This document shows, one piece after another, positions 26,346 to 36,511 of a stretch of DNA of 64,000 nt; positions within the stretch are counted from its first letter, which is position 1; every line of letters starts with the position of its first letter. Position numbers and translations under genes: made by a program. The DNA comes from Thermoprotei archaeon. Its GTDB lineage: Archaea; Thermoproteota; Thermoprotei; Thermofilales; B15-G2. The DNA lies in the NCBI GenBank assembly GCA_003650815.1, contig QMSB01000001.1, forward strand, positions 13,374 through 77,373. The letters are read 5' to 3'. Below the pieces are notes generated by a model. That model was not told where the DNA came from. It saw only the letters and a program-made list of their open reading frames with translations, and searched no databases.

Positions 26346-27362
26346 TATTACTCTATCTACTTCCAGGTTTACTCCAAGATCTTTACTATAAGTTGGATCT
26401 ATTGATTCAACGTAGATCAGGTATCTGTCTTTGAAGGGATCATAGACTATGTCTACGTAGCTGTGAATAGGATAGTCTTTTCTCTCGTAGGGAGACTTCG
26501 GAGTCCACTCTCCCACGAAAATAGTTTCTAGATTAATGTTCCTGTAGTCTATTATGTAGGCTTCAAAAGTCTTTGCAACGGCAGCTCCATTTACTACTGC
26601 ACGGCTAGCCGCGCCAATAAACATGGCTCCTAGTCCTGATGAGAATATGTTTCCGTACAGAAGCAAGTAATCAGGCTGAGGTTTTCCGTCTATTTCAAGT
26701 ACTCCTAGCTTTCTCCAAGACTTCCCATCGCTGCTGACTGCTAGCGCCATATTAACTCTCTTTCCACTATTAGCTTTATATAGCGCAAAGAATTTTCCGT
26801 CCACGAAGCTTATTGTAGCGTCTCTAGCTTCGAGTAAATCATAATCCTCTCCTCTCTCTAAGACTACTCTTTCAGAGGTCCATGGGCCTCTGGGATCATC
26901 TGCTGAAAGAAGTAGAGTACACCAGCCCGGTTTTTCATCATCTATAGCTAGGTACAGGTAATATCTGCCTGTTAGCGGGTCTAACAACATCTGTTGTCCC
27001 TCAATACTCTTTATCTTTCTTCCACAAAGCTCGCTTACTTCTTCCTTAGACATAAAGTATGTAAGGCTATAGTCTTCTCCATTAGTGGATCGGTATATTT
27101 CAACACCATATCCACGAACACCTACTTTCCTAGGTCGAGTAGTCAGCCAGAATTCGTGTGTATCGTAGTCTACTAGCACGTTGCCTGCTCCTCTCCACGA
27201 TCCGGGTTCAAAGGAGGGAGGCTCGAGAACTACTTTAAGGAACTTTCTCTGAGAGAGGAGGTAGTGTGGTGGCACTATTCCGTAAATTCTCCAGCCCTCA
27301 AGTTTATTTCTCACATACAGATAGGTTATATCTTTACGTATAATACTTTCACCGCAGTTCAC
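26325..27362 (-). CDS. Beta-propeller protein, glycoside-hydrolase-like (GH32/43/130-type fold); function unknown
   Basis: 345 aa with repeated blade-like segments (YRSTNGEDYSL, LLSADDPRGPWT, AVSSDGKSWRKLG). The GTG start overlaps the upstream stop (GTGA). Confidence 0.35.
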   Translation of the reverse strand: MNCGESIIRKDITYLYVRNKLEGWRIYGIVPPHYLLSQRKFLKVVLEPPSFEPGSWRGAGNVLVDYDTHEFWLTTRPRKVGVRGYGVEIYRSTNGEDYSLTYFMSKEEVSELCGRKIKSIEGQQMLLDPLTGRYYLYLAIDDEKPGWCTLLLSADDPRGPWTSERVVLERGEDYDLLEARDATISFVDGKFFALYKANSGKRVNMALAVSSDGKSWRKLGVLEIDGKPQPDYLLLYGNIFSSGLGAMFIGAASRAVVNGAAVAKTFEAYIIDYRNINLETIFVGEWTPKSPYERKDYPIHSYVDIVYDPFKDRYLIYVESIDPTYSKDLGVNLEVDRVILYEVPL

Positions 27363-28156
27363 ACTATTCCGAACTTAGAGTAGATTTCAGGTCTCCTCTG
27401 GTATATAGCTGGAATTACTTTTCGTACAGCATCTACTCGACTGATATCTAGTTCTACTGTAAGTACTCTTTCTCCTGGACCTAAGTCGAGCATTACGTAG
27501 CCTAATGGGTCTATAGCTAAGCTTCTTCCAATAAAGTCTTCTCCAGCGTGACAGCATGCTAGCACGTAAACTCCGTTTTCGTGAGCTCTAGCTTTCAGTA
27601 AAGTAAGCCACTGCTCTTCTTTGAGGATTCCTTTGTACCAGCCCGCGGAAACAGCTATTACCTTAGCTCCATTCAGAGCTAGTATTCGGGCAAGCTCAGG
27701 AAATCGAATATCGTAGCATATCTCGAATCCCACGTTAACGCCGTTTACTTCTACTAAGACTATGCTATCGCCAGAGCTGAAGATACTAGATTCTCGATAC
27801 TTGAAGGCATCAAATAGATGTATTTTTCGATAAACAGCCTTAATCTCGCCATCGGCGCCGATCACGACTGTTGAATTGAATACCTTGTTTTGTTCTAACT
27901 CCTCTATGTTAATAGCTACGTTTACTTCAATTTCCTCAGCAGTTTTCCTGACAGCTTTTACGAACTCTCCTTCAAGAGGCTCAGCTACTTTCTTTACAAA
28001 TTCTCTATTGAACGGCTTGCCATACGCCATAGTGTATTCAGGAAATAACACTAAGTCACTCCCTTGACTTTGCTCATTTAGCACTCTAAGTACTTTCTTC
28101 AAGTTTTCTTCTTTATCAGGACCAGTAGCTATCTGAGCTAGAGTTACTCTAAACAC
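27359..28156 (-). CDS. Carbon-nitrogen hydrolase (nitrilase-superfamily amidase)
   Basis: 265 aa. Glu-Lys-Cys triad contexts are LVLFPEYTM, YRKIHLFD and GFEICYDIRFPE. Confidence 0.85.
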   Translation of the reverse strand: MFRVTLAQIATGPDKEENLKKVLRVLNEQSQGSDLVLFPEYTMAYGKPFNREFVKKVAEPLEGEFVKAVRKTAEEIEVNVAINIEELEQNKVFNSTVVIGADGEIKAVYRKIHLFDAFKYRESSIFSSGDSIVLVEVNGVNVGFEICYDIRFPELARILALNGAKVIAVSAGWYKGILKEEQWLTLLKARAHENGVYVLACCHAGEDFIGRSLAIDPLGYVMLDLGPGERVLTVELDISRVDAVRKVIPAIYQRRPEIYSKFGIV

Positions 28157-28172
28157 GGGTAGACAGAAGCAC

Positions 28173-29285
28173 CTATCTATTAAATAATTTTATAACGTCG
28201 CGAGTTTTTGCTTCAAGGCCTTTCAGCAGTATTGCCTCATGACAGTACATGAATACTGGTTTCTGCCAAGCGAGTTCTCTTCCTATCCACTTCTCATATG
28301 AAATCTCAGACATTTTTTCAGTATTTTTAAGGTCTATTATAACATACTCCTTTTCATATCGCTTCCACATCGATGTAAGTTTTAGCTCATCAATGTTGCT
28401 TGCTTTGCATAGTTCTTCTATAATATTGTTTACAGGTTTTCTGATAGACAGGGCTTCATCTATAATAATACTCTTTAGCTTTTTCAAATACTTTTCAAAT
28501 ATTTTTTCTAAAATCCAGTCAGAGGATACTAGTTCAAGTGTCAATCCTGTGTTTCCTCCACATAGCTTCCAGGCATCTTCAAGAGCTAAGGGACACTTTA
28601 TTTCTTCAAGTAGAGAAAAGTAGTCTTTTTTATTCAAATTCCAGAACAGTAGTGTTTCAGTAGCAGGAACTACTTTACGAGAAGTTATGACTACTACTTT
28701 GAGGGAGCCTCCGTGGCGCCTAACTTTACTTAAATACTTTTCTCTAAAGCTTTTTTGAAATCTATCTATTTGTGCTTTTAAATCTCTTTCCTCTAAGACT
28801 TCATCAATAGCGTCTACCACGACTAGATGTCTCTTCTTTAGTCTACTTTTGAAAAAAAGCCTAGATTTGGTGACTACTTTAAGTATGGAAGAGGGGCTCA
28901 CAAACCCTAGGAGTTCTGCTCCTTCAACAGGCTCGTGAGACCTGCTGACTAACCTATGGTACTTTTTATGTAACTTAATAAAATCTTTTACAATAGATTT
29001 ATTTGTTGAAAAGACTCTCGTATATAGGTTATATCCCCTCCTCAAATAGCCTATGTAAGTTAGAATTATTTCTCCACGAGTTTTCTTTAAGTAGAATGCT
29101 GTTGCTTCAATAAATTTAGTTTTCCCACATCCCAAAGGGCCTAAGATCGTGTAGATTTTAAAGTTTTCTAGCTCTAGTAGTTTCTGTAGCTCTTTTTCTC
29201 TATCGTGAAACGTTGAGCCTATGTCTGGTACTCGATAGCTTCTAAGTATATGGGATGCTCTCTCCATGGGTGCTATAAATATCAC
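28173..29285 (-). CDS. Archaeal ATPase family P-loop protein (Arch_ATPase/ATPase_2-like)
   Basis: 370 aa with FHDREKELQKL, then Walker A ILGPLGCGKTKF and Walker B-like LVVVDAIDE. The start is GTG at 29285 or ATG at 29267. Confidence 0.6.
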   Translation of the reverse strand: MIFIAPMERASHILRSYRVPDIGSTFHDREKELQKLLELENFKIYTILGPLGCGKTKFIEATAFYLKKTRGEIILTYIGYLRRGYNLYTRVFSTNKSIVKDFIKLHKKYHRLVSRSHEPVEGAELLGFVSPSSILKVVTKSRLFFKSRLKKRHLVVVDAIDEVLEERDLKAQIDRFQKSFREKYLSKVRRHGGSLKVVVITSRKVVPATETLLFWNLNKKDYFSLLEEIKCPLALEDAWKLCGGNTGLTLELVSSDWILEKIFEKYLKKLKSIIIDEALSIRKPVNNIIEELCKASNIDELKLTSMWKRYEKEYVIIDLKNTEKMSEISYEKWIGRELAWQKPVFMYCHEAILLKGLEAKTRDVIKLFNR

Positions 29286-29322
29286 ATCTTCAGAGCTATA
29301 TGTTTCTATTGCTTTAAGTTGT

Positions 29323-30879
29323 TTAGCAAGGCTCTATTGTTGATGGAGGTTTAGGCGTGATAGCATAGGTAACCATAGTGACTTTCTCTATCTCCTTGTA
29401 AATTCGGCTAGCTATGCGGTCTAGTACTTCGTAAGGAAGTCTAACATAGTCAGCTGTCATTCCGTCAGAGCTCTCTACTACTCTGACTATCACTATGTAT
29501 CCTTCTTCGCGGCTGTCTCCCTTAACTCCAACCCACTTACTGTCACTCACTACCGCGAAGCCTTGCCAGACTTTCTCATAAAGTCCTGCTCCCTGAAGTT
29601 CTTCTTCGACTATTTTCGAGGCCCGCCTCACGATCTTCAGCTTCTCCTCAGTTACTTCACCTATAATCCTAACAGCTAGTCCAGGGCCCGGAAAGGGATG
29701 TTTTCTCAAAAGTGTCTTCGGAAGCCCTAGCTTCTCGCCTATTTTCCTCACTTCGTCTTTATAGAAGTACTTGAGAGGCTCTACTACTTTTAATCCAAGC
29801 CACTCAGGTAGACACGCTACGTTATGATGGCTCTTTATTTTCGCAGAGTGTTTTTCTCTTCCGCTCTCGATTACATCAGGATATATTGTTCCTTGGGCGA
29901 GCCACTTTATTGAGGGATCTTTTTCAACGATCTCCTTGAAAATTAAAGCAAACTCTTCTCCAATAATCCTTCGTTTCTCCTCAGAATTTTTCACACCTCT
30001 CAATTTTCTTAAAAACCTTTCTTTCGCGTCTATGAAAACTACGTTTAAGCCTATATTCTTAAACATCGCCAAGGTTTCTTCAACTTCTCCTTCTCTGAGG
30101 AGGCCATGGTCAACGAATACCGCTAAGAGGCGTTCTCCTACGGCTCTCTTGACGATTACAGCGGTGACAGTAGAGTCTACACCGCCACTAACAGCGCACA
30201 GGACTTTTCCTTCTCCCGAAGTTTTTCTTCGAACTTCAGCTATCAGTTCTTCAATAACGTCGCCGGGCCTCCAAGAGGGTTCGCAGCCAGCTATTTTGAA
30301 CAGAAAGTTACTCAGTAGTAGCGAACCTTTAGGCGTATGAGAGACTTCCGGATGAAATTGAACTCCATAGACTGGTTTATCTTTGAGCTTGAAAGCCGCT
30401 ATCACGTTATTCTCTGATAATGCTAGGACTTTTGCTGAAGAAGGTAGTGAGCTCACGTGGTCTCGATGGCTCATCCAAACATCTTCTTCCAGATTCCAGC
30501 TCTCAAAGAGAGTGTCTTTAGTCAGAACTCTAATTTTAGTTCGCCCGTATTCTCCTACACCTTTCTCTGTACAGCCTCCTAAAGCAGTTGCTAGCAGCTG
30601 ATGTCCATAACATATTCCGAGAACAGGGACTCCTAGCTTTAAGATTTCAGAGACTACACTGTAGTTAGCACTAGACGCGCTCATAGGGCTACCCGAGAGA
30701 ACTACGGCTTTGAGTCTAACTCTTCTCATGTAGTCCTCGCAAACTTGCTCGTAGTCTACGAGCTCTGAGTATACTCCTAGCTCTCTAATTCTTCTGGCTA
30801 TTAAGTGTGCGTACTGTCCGCCAAAATTCACTACGGCTACAGTATCGTGTTTAAGAGAAGGCGTCCAGCCTGCTCTCAT
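29323..30879 (-). CDS. guaA: GMP synthase (glutamine-hydrolysing), fused GATase and ATP-pyrophosphatase domains
   Basis: 518 aa. The GATase nucleophile is GICYGHQLL, the PP-loop is SGGVDSTV, and the C-terminus ends in a conserved ...TIEPC-type motif. ATGA overlap with guaB. Confidence 0.95.
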   Translation of the reverse strand: MRAGWTPSLKHDTVAVVNFGGQYAHLIARRIRELGVYSELVDYEQVCEDYMRRVRLKAVVLSGSPMSASSANYSVVSEILKLGVPVLGICYGHQLLATALGGCTEKGVGEYGRTKIRVLTKDTLFESWNLEEDVWMSHRDHVSSLPSSAKVLALSENNVIAAFKLKDKPVYGVQFHPEVSHTPKGSLLLSNFLFKIAGCEPSWRPGDVIEELIAEVRRKTSGEGKVLCAVSGGVDSTVTAVIVKRAVGERLLAVFVDHGLLREGEVEETLAMFKNIGLNVVFIDAKERFLRKLRGVKNSEEKRRIIGEEFALIFKEIVEKDPSIKWLAQGTIYPDVIESGREKHSAKIKSHHNVACLPEWLGLKVVEPLKYFYKDEVRKIGEKLGLPKTLLRKHPFPGPGLAVRIIGEVTEEKLKIVRRASKIVEEELQGAGLYEKVWQGFAVVSDSKWVGVKGDSREEGYIVIVRVVESSDGMTADYVRLPYEVLDRIASRIYKEIEKVTMVTYAITPKPPSTIEPC

Positions 30880-32297
30880 AGTCCTATGTCTAGAACTATG
30901 TCGTGTGGTAGCACTTCTCTAAAACCGACTGAAGTCAATCTAGCAAATCTTGCCTTCTGCCAGAGCTCAGGAATATTCTTAGCACCCACGTAGCCTAAAG
31001 CAGCTTTAAGTCCCTCTCTAAATTCTCTAACCACCCCCTCTACAGAACCCCTGTAAGGCACTAATCCCTCAACTCCTTCCGCTATTTTCTTGGATGGAGC
31101 AGAGTATCTGTCGGCCGAGTATCTCTCTGCTAAAGCGCTTTTACTACCCATGCCTCTATAGAGCTTGTAGAGTCTTCCACCAACTCGTATTAGGGGGCTG
31201 GAAGCTTCGCTAGTTCCAGCCAGCGCCCTACCCAACATCACTGAAGATGCTCCAGCAGCAAGTGCCTTAGCAGCGTCCCCAGGAGAGCCTATTCCTCCAT
31301 CAGCTATAATAGGTATTTTTGATGCACCGTAATCTTCAAGAGCATCTCTGACACTGGCTACTGCGAAAAGAGTAGGAGCAGCTACTCCAGTAACTATTCC
31401 TGTAGAACATATGCTGCCGCTAGCAATACCTACTCTCAGTCCAGCGACATCGTCTAGAGAGGTAATTATATCAACACATGCTTCGTAAGTACCTATATTT
31501 CCTACAACTACTTCTCTAGAAGTTTTCTTTAAAAGTTTCTTTGTGGCACTAATACAGTTGATATTATGAAAGTGTGCCACATCCACTACGAATGCATCTA
31601 CCCATTTCTCTAGTAGTTCTACTCTTTTTTCGCTGAAAGGAGATATTGCGGCAGCTACTGCTAGCCTACCTTCTTCGTCTAATAGAGAAACAATATCTTC
31701 GTCTCCCTCATTCGCTAAAACACCAAATAGACGACCGTTATCGTCGACGACAGCAATGTTCTGAGAATTAAGAGAATTTTTCTCGAGATCTTTTATTCTC
31801 AGAACAGGGCCTTTTTCAGCACACTTGTATACATGGTCTTGCGGATCACAGGAAGACAGCTTTCTTCTGCTTAGATATCCTACAAAGGAGCCTGTTTTAT
31901 TGATAACAGGTACGGATTCTAGTTCAGTTTTTCTAAAGACTTTTTCTGCTTCTTCTATTGTCGAATGCGAATAAAGGTATACTTTCTTCAAGCACCTTAC
32001 TTCAGCCTCTTTAACTTTCTTAACCATGTTGACCTGTTCTTCAGAAGAGCAGTTTCTATGTATGACTCCTAATCCGCCGAGCATAGCCATTGCTATGGCT
32101 AAAGCACTTTCAGTTACAGTGTCCATAGGCGACGATACTATCGGTGTACTTCCTCGAAGATTTACCGTTATGTTTGTTGACAAATCTACTTCTCGGGGTT
32201 CAATAGTACTAAATGAAGGAAGTAGTATCACATCCTTAAACGTAAGAGCTAGGGGGGAGTTCGCTATTCTCTCCAAGTATTTTCCCACTGCTTTCAC
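30876..32297 (-). CDS. guaB: IMP dehydrogenase (with CBS pair)
   Basis: 473 aa with a GTG start. The catalytic loop is GIASGSICSTG, followed by ADGGIGSPGDAAKALAAGASSVMLG, and a CBS-like insert is present. Confidence 0.92.
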   Translation of the reverse strand: MKAVGKYLERIANSPLALTFKDVILLPSFSTIEPREVDLSTNITVNLRGSTPIVSSPMDTVTESALAIAMAMLGGLGVIHRNCSSEEQVNMVKKVKEAEVRCLKKVYLYSHSTIEEAEKVFRKTELESVPVINKTGSFVGYLSRRKLSSCDPQDHVYKCAEKGPVLRIKDLEKNSLNSQNIAVVDDNGRLFGVLANEGDEDIVSLLDEEGRLAVAAAISPFSEKRVELLEKWVDAFVVDVAHFHNINCISATKKLLKKTSREVVVGNIGTYEACVDIITSLDDVAGLRVGIASGSICSTGIVTGVAAPTLFAVASVRDALEDYGASKIPIIADGGIGSPGDAAKALAAGASSVMLGRALAGTSEASSPLIRVGGRLYKLYRGMGSKSALAERYSADRYSAPSKKIAEGVEGLVPYRGSVEGVVREFREGLKAALGYVGAKNIPELWQKARFARLTSVGFREVLPHDIVLDIGL

Positions 32298-32419
32298 CTT
32301 TGTTAAGCCTTCACTTAAATAAGATATTTAAAGTTTCCGGTTAATGAAGACCACTACTTTAATCAGTTAATGAAAAATATCTGACTCCGAAAACTATATC
32401 TATGTAAAATAGAGAGTAG

Positions 32420-32480
32420 TTTTAGATGATGAGCCATTGCAGATAGGAGCTGTGACTTGAGGTTTCCGGGCTGATATCTT
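32420..32480 (+). ncRNA. Candidate C/D-box sRNA (weak internal boxes)
   Basis: C box ATGATGA (32426-32432) and D box CTGA (32471-32474) are separated by 38 nt, identical to the spacing in the strong sRNA at 44662-44710. The internal D' (AGGA) and C' (TGACTT) are poor. Confidence 0.35.
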
Positions 32481-32551
32481 AAGCCATGTAGTCGAATTTC
32501 CTGTATGAGGGAAGATTTATATCTCGCTCGCTTAGAAAGCCTACGTCAATA

Positions 32552-35500
32552 ATGAGCAGAAAGTTCGCTGTTCTTGCTCTGATAATACTTTTAGCTTTTT
32601 CCCAGGTAGAGCTTTCGTTAGCTAGCAGTAAACTAGACTATAGAAAGCTAAAGAGATTTCTATCTTTAATAGACTTTGAAGAAGTAGTAAAACATACAGA
32701 ATTTTTTGCTAAATGCAGGTCTAGGGTTCCAGGATACAGAGGCTATTACAGTGCTGTAAGCTATATTACAGAGTATTTTAAAAAGCTCGGGATAAGTCAC
32801 ATTTTAGAGAACTTTAGTGTGACTGCACCTTTTGAAGAGAAGGCTTACATAAAAGTTATTGAAACAGGCGAGATCATAGAAGCACACGCTCTCTGGCCAA
32901 ATATGATAGTTCCACCTAATTTTAATGGAACAGGAAAGCTTGTTTACGGGGGAAAAGGTAGGCTTTTGGAATATAGTGGTAGTGAAGTTGAGGGATCTAT
33001 TGTTCTCCTAGACTTTAACTGTAGATGGTACTGGATAAATGCTTTCTCCCTAGGAGCGAAGGCTGTAATCTTTATAGAAAATGAGAGTACTCTGAGACAT
33101 GATGCCTGGCTCAAAGTATTTTACATGCCGGCACACTTTCCCCGCCTTTATGTTTCTAAGAAAGACGGCTTAAAGTTGATAAAATACGCTAAAAACAACT
33201 ATAGAGTTGAAGTACACTGCAACATGCGCTGGGAGGAAGTTGAAGCTACTAATATTATAGTGACTATACCGGGAAGCGATACCCTCTTGTCAAGAGAAGC
33301 TGTGTGTATTATTGCTCACTTAGACTCTTTATCACCAGTACCAGCAGTTGCTCCAGGAGCTACAGAAGCCTACAACCTAGCTTTAGTTCTCGAATTAGTG
33401 AAAGCCTTAGTGGAGTTTAAGCCTAAGAGGACAGTAGTATTTCTCATAACAGGGGCTCACGGACTGGCTTTAGCAGGAGCTCGCGAATTTGTCTCGGCTC
33501 ACTTTAATGAATTAGGCACAAGGGTAAGGCTAGCCATTGAGCTAGATATCGACTGGACGGGAAAAGAGCTAGCAGCTCAGTACTACGGTCTTTTCTATAG
33601 CTTAGTGAGCTTTGTCCCAGGCTATGAGTCTAGGTTTAAGTGGATCAGAGACCGAGTACTCGAGTATTTATCTCTCATAAAAGAGATTACGGGAGAGAAT
33701 AGTGTAGTATACGATACTTTAGCTCTCACTTACTTTTACTACGAGCCTGTGCCATGTTTTCTCGACTGTGAAGTCTTTACTTTAGCGGGAATCCCAGCTT
33801 TTGCTTTTAGAACCTTCTACACTTTCAGACCCTACTTGTATACTCCCTATGATACTCTAGAGAAAGCCGATCTTTCTTCAGCGAAAATGCAGGCAATGAC
33901 TGCGCTCCTACTAATATGCTGTTTCTTAGAGGATTCAGACACTATGCCCTCTTCTAACCCCGTCACAGCTGGAGTTGGCTACGGCTTTTCTTATGTTCGT
34001 GGAAGAGTTTATCGGTACAATAGAACTAAGGGATGGTTTAAGCCAGTAAGCGCTATTGTAGCTTTACCCATGTGGCCTTATAACTTAGGGATTCTCACAG
34101 ACTTTAACGGAAGCTTCATAGTTAAAGGAGCTAGATACAGTGGATACTACTGGTTTTTAGGCTTTAAGCTGAGCAAAGAGGGATTAGTAGAAGCCGCAAA
34201 TGAGTACGGAGGACTAGGCCCTGCTCTTCCAATGCTCTTCGGAGTGAGCGTATATAAAGATGTATCTGAAGTCAACTTGAGGATTACTGACTGCGGAGGA
34301 TTAATTATCATAAATGCTTATGATCCCAGATTCTTCGTCCCCGGCTATCTCTCTTACTCTGTTCTAAATGCTACTCATCACACAGCTTTGATTAGCTGGG
34401 GACCGCAATACTGGTACTGGTATTCTCAAACAATTTTACTACCTGCTGGTACTAGGGTCGAAGTATTGGTTAAAAGAGGACTAGATGTTGTAGCTATAAT
34501 AAATAATGCTTCAGCCGAGAGCCCCCTCGGAACAGGATATCTTGTTAAGAAGGGTAGACAGATACTCATCAAGAACTTTCCTCTTGAAGCCGCGGAAACT
34601 TTCTCAATAATACTGGATCATAGAATAAATAGCACAGGTGTATCTAGCCGCAGAGTTAAAGACTATCATTTGGAAGCTAAGAGACTGGTAGGAAGAGCCA
34701 AAAAGCTATTAAAGAGTAGAGAATATGGGCTCGCCTATGCTTCTATGATGAGAGCGTGGGCAATGGAAGCACACGCCTATAACTCATTCCATTTCCTGCT
34801 GGGAGATACTTGCTTTGCTCTGATAATCCTAGTAATTGTCTTATTTATAGCATCTATGAGGCTTAAGCTCTTCTTCTCTGAGAAAAACAATACAGTAGCT
34901 TTCATCTTCTTCACAGCATCTATGCTCATTGTTGTATTATCTCACCCTGCTCTCAGGGCCTGCTCTATTGGAGTATTTATAGTACCATCAGCCAGCGTCC
35001 TGTTAATAGTAGTTGTAGTAGTAATCTCTCTCATAAGAACTTTCATGGAGCATGTAATGAAAGTAAAGAGAAGAACTCCAAGATTTATTTCGAAGAGAGC
35101 TTCAGCTGAAATAGCCATCTTTTCTCTCATCCTAGCTTTTAGCATATTTTATTCAGTAAATCTAACATATGTTACTCACTTGAGCGAGGCTTACGTAGGC
35201 AAAGGTTCCTATAGAGGTATCATGTTGAGAACATTTCCTTGGAAATGTCTCTGTGAAGCTGAGTATGATGCTTTTAGGAGTGAGGTTAAGAGTCTTGGCG
35301 GATACTCTTCGATGCGTATATGGATATATCCTCATTATGGAGAAGTGAGAGTGAGAAATACTACCATAGTTAAGGCTTTTCTAGGAGTTAGTGTTGATGA
35401 AGCTAAAATTTCTGGTATTAATTCTTTTATAGTTAAAGGAAGATGGTTTAGTAGCGACTATGCCAGGGAGTGTCTGATTAGTCGTTTTCTATCAAAATTC

Positions 35501-36511
35501 TTAAACGCCTCAGTGGGAGACAAAGTAGTGATTTATGGAGTTAAGCTAAAGGTTGTAGGAGTATTTGATGAGGATAGACTGGCTTCTTTCACGGATCTAG
35601 ATGGAGAGCCTATTACTCCGCGAGACATAATGATTCCTCGTAGCGAAGAAATACCAGTACATGTCTCGCCGAAATATGTTGTTATTATTCCGGCGGAACT
35701 AGCAAGGGAAATGGGAGGAGATATATATAGCATCGCGGTTGCTTTCGAAGATGATACTCTTATACTAAGGTATGCGAGAAACCTAGCCTATATTCTCGAT
35801 GGAGCATATGTCTACTGCTCGATTGAGGGAAAAGTTCTTATTATAGCTGCACACAACGCCTTAGGCTTCGTCGTCTACAGGCCTAAAGACCTTCTACTGG
35901 CTTTTCTCTCGGCTACTGCCATAGTAGCAGTAGCTTTTCTAGAGAAGAAGTTCTTTTTCTCAGACGCTCTTCAGGCGAGCTTTGTTGGTGGAGTAGCAGG
36001 ATATGTAATACACTTAGCGCTAGGAAAGCTAGGATTATGTGAGCTAAGCGTTGTAACTGTGGCTCCTCTGTTGAGTTCTATCTCAGGATTTTTGCCGGTT
36101 CTCGTAGCTAAAGGGCTAGCTGAAAAAGTGAAGGAGCTGAAGGAAGTCGCTATTGAGGCTGTTCCGAGAGAATATAAAATTAGAGTAGAGGTTGCTCCAT
36201 CTAAGGCGCTTGAGTTTATTGAGGAGGTAGCCAGAGAAGTCTTTACAGAGGAGCATGGGTATTTAATTAAGCGATGGAGGAGAACAGGGGAGTCTTTCTC
36301 TGTACTAGTGCAAATACTGCCGCGAGAGCTGTTTCTCTTCTATAGAATCACGTTTGAGCCAATAATTGTTGATGGAGAAACTTTCATATTAATTGAAGTA
36401 GTTGGAAGAGGACTTGGAGCTAGAAGAATTCGCAGGAGAATAATTCCCGATATGATAAAGTTGCTAGAGGCTAAAATAGAGGAAAAGCTGGGTGGGAGCC
36501 TTGAAGAATAG
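32552..36511 (+). CDS. Fusion protein paralog: signal peptide, M28/PA-like ectodomain (degenerate), TM bundle, decayed FtsX-like unit, tail (module B)
   Basis: 1319 aa. It is collinear by eye with 14887-19362: VVKHTEFFAKCRSRVPGYRGYYSAVSYITEYF vs VVKHLKFFASLKSRFVGTEGYYKAASYIERYF; AHLDS; GAKAVIFIEN; VGDKVVIYGVKLKVVGVFDED...LDGEPITP. The ERxREIGxLxALG motif of FtsX is absent. Confidence 0.85.
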   Translation: MSRKFAVLALIILLAFSQVELSLASSKLDYRKLKRFLSLIDFEEVVKHTEFFAKCRSRVPGYRGYYSAVSYITEYFKKLGISHILENFSVTAPFEEKAYIKVIETGEIIEAHALWPNMIVPPNFNGTGKLVYGGKGRLLEYSGSEVEGSIVLLDFNCRWYWINAFSLGAKAVIFIENESTLRHDAWLKVFYMPAHFPRLYVSKKDGLKLIKYAKNNYRVEVHCNMRWEEVEATNIIVTIPGSDTLLSREAVCIIAHLDSLSPVPAVAPGATEAYNLALVLELVKALVEFKPKRTVVFLITGAHGLALAGAREFVSAHFNELGTRVRLAIELDIDWTGKELAAQYYGLFYSLVSFVPGYESRFKWIRDRVLEYLSLIKEITGENSVVYDTLALTYFYYEPVPCFLDCEVFTLAGIPAFAFRTFYTFRPYLYTPYDTLEKADLSSAKMQAMTALLLICCFLEDSDTMPSSNPVTAGVGYGFSYVRGRVYRYNRTKGWFKPVSAIVALPMWPYNLGILTDFNGSFIVKGARYSGYYWFLGFKLSKEGLVEAANEYGGLGPALPMLFGVSVYKDVSEVNLRITDCGGLIIINAYDPRFFVPGYLSYSVLNATHHTALISWGPQYWYWYSQTILLPAGTRVEVLVKRGLDVVAIINNASAESPLGTGYLVKKGRQILIKNFPLEAAETFSIILDHRINSTGVSSRRVKDYHLEAKRLVGRAKKLLKSREYGLAYASMMRAWAMEAHAYNSFHFLLGDTCFALIILVIVLFIASMRLKLFFSEKNNTVAFIFFTASMLIVVLSHPALRACSIGVFIVPSASVLLIVVVVVISLIRTFMEHVMKVKRRTPRFISKRASAEIAIFSLILAFSIFYSVNLTYVTHLSEAYVGKGSYRGIMLRTFPWKCLCEAEYDAFRSEVKSLGGYSSMRIWIYPHYGEVRVRNTTIVKAFLGVSVDEAKISGINSFIVKGRWFSSDYARECLISRFLSKFLNASVGDKVVIYGVKLKVVGVFDEDRLASFTDLDGEPITPRDIMIPRSEEIPVHVSPKYVVIIPAELAREMGGDIYSIAVAFEDDTLILRYARNLAYILDGAYVYCSIEGKVLIIAAHNALGFVVYRPKDLLLAFLSATAIVAVAFLEKKFFFSDALQASFVGGVAGYVIHLALGKLGLCELSVVTVAPLLSSISGFLPVLVAKGLAEKVKELKEVAIEAVPREYKIRVEVAPSKALEFIEEVAREVFTEEHGYLIKRWRRTGESFSVLVQILPRELFLFYRITFEPIIVDGETFILIEVVGRGLGARRIRRRIIPDMIKLLEAKIEEKLGGSLEE

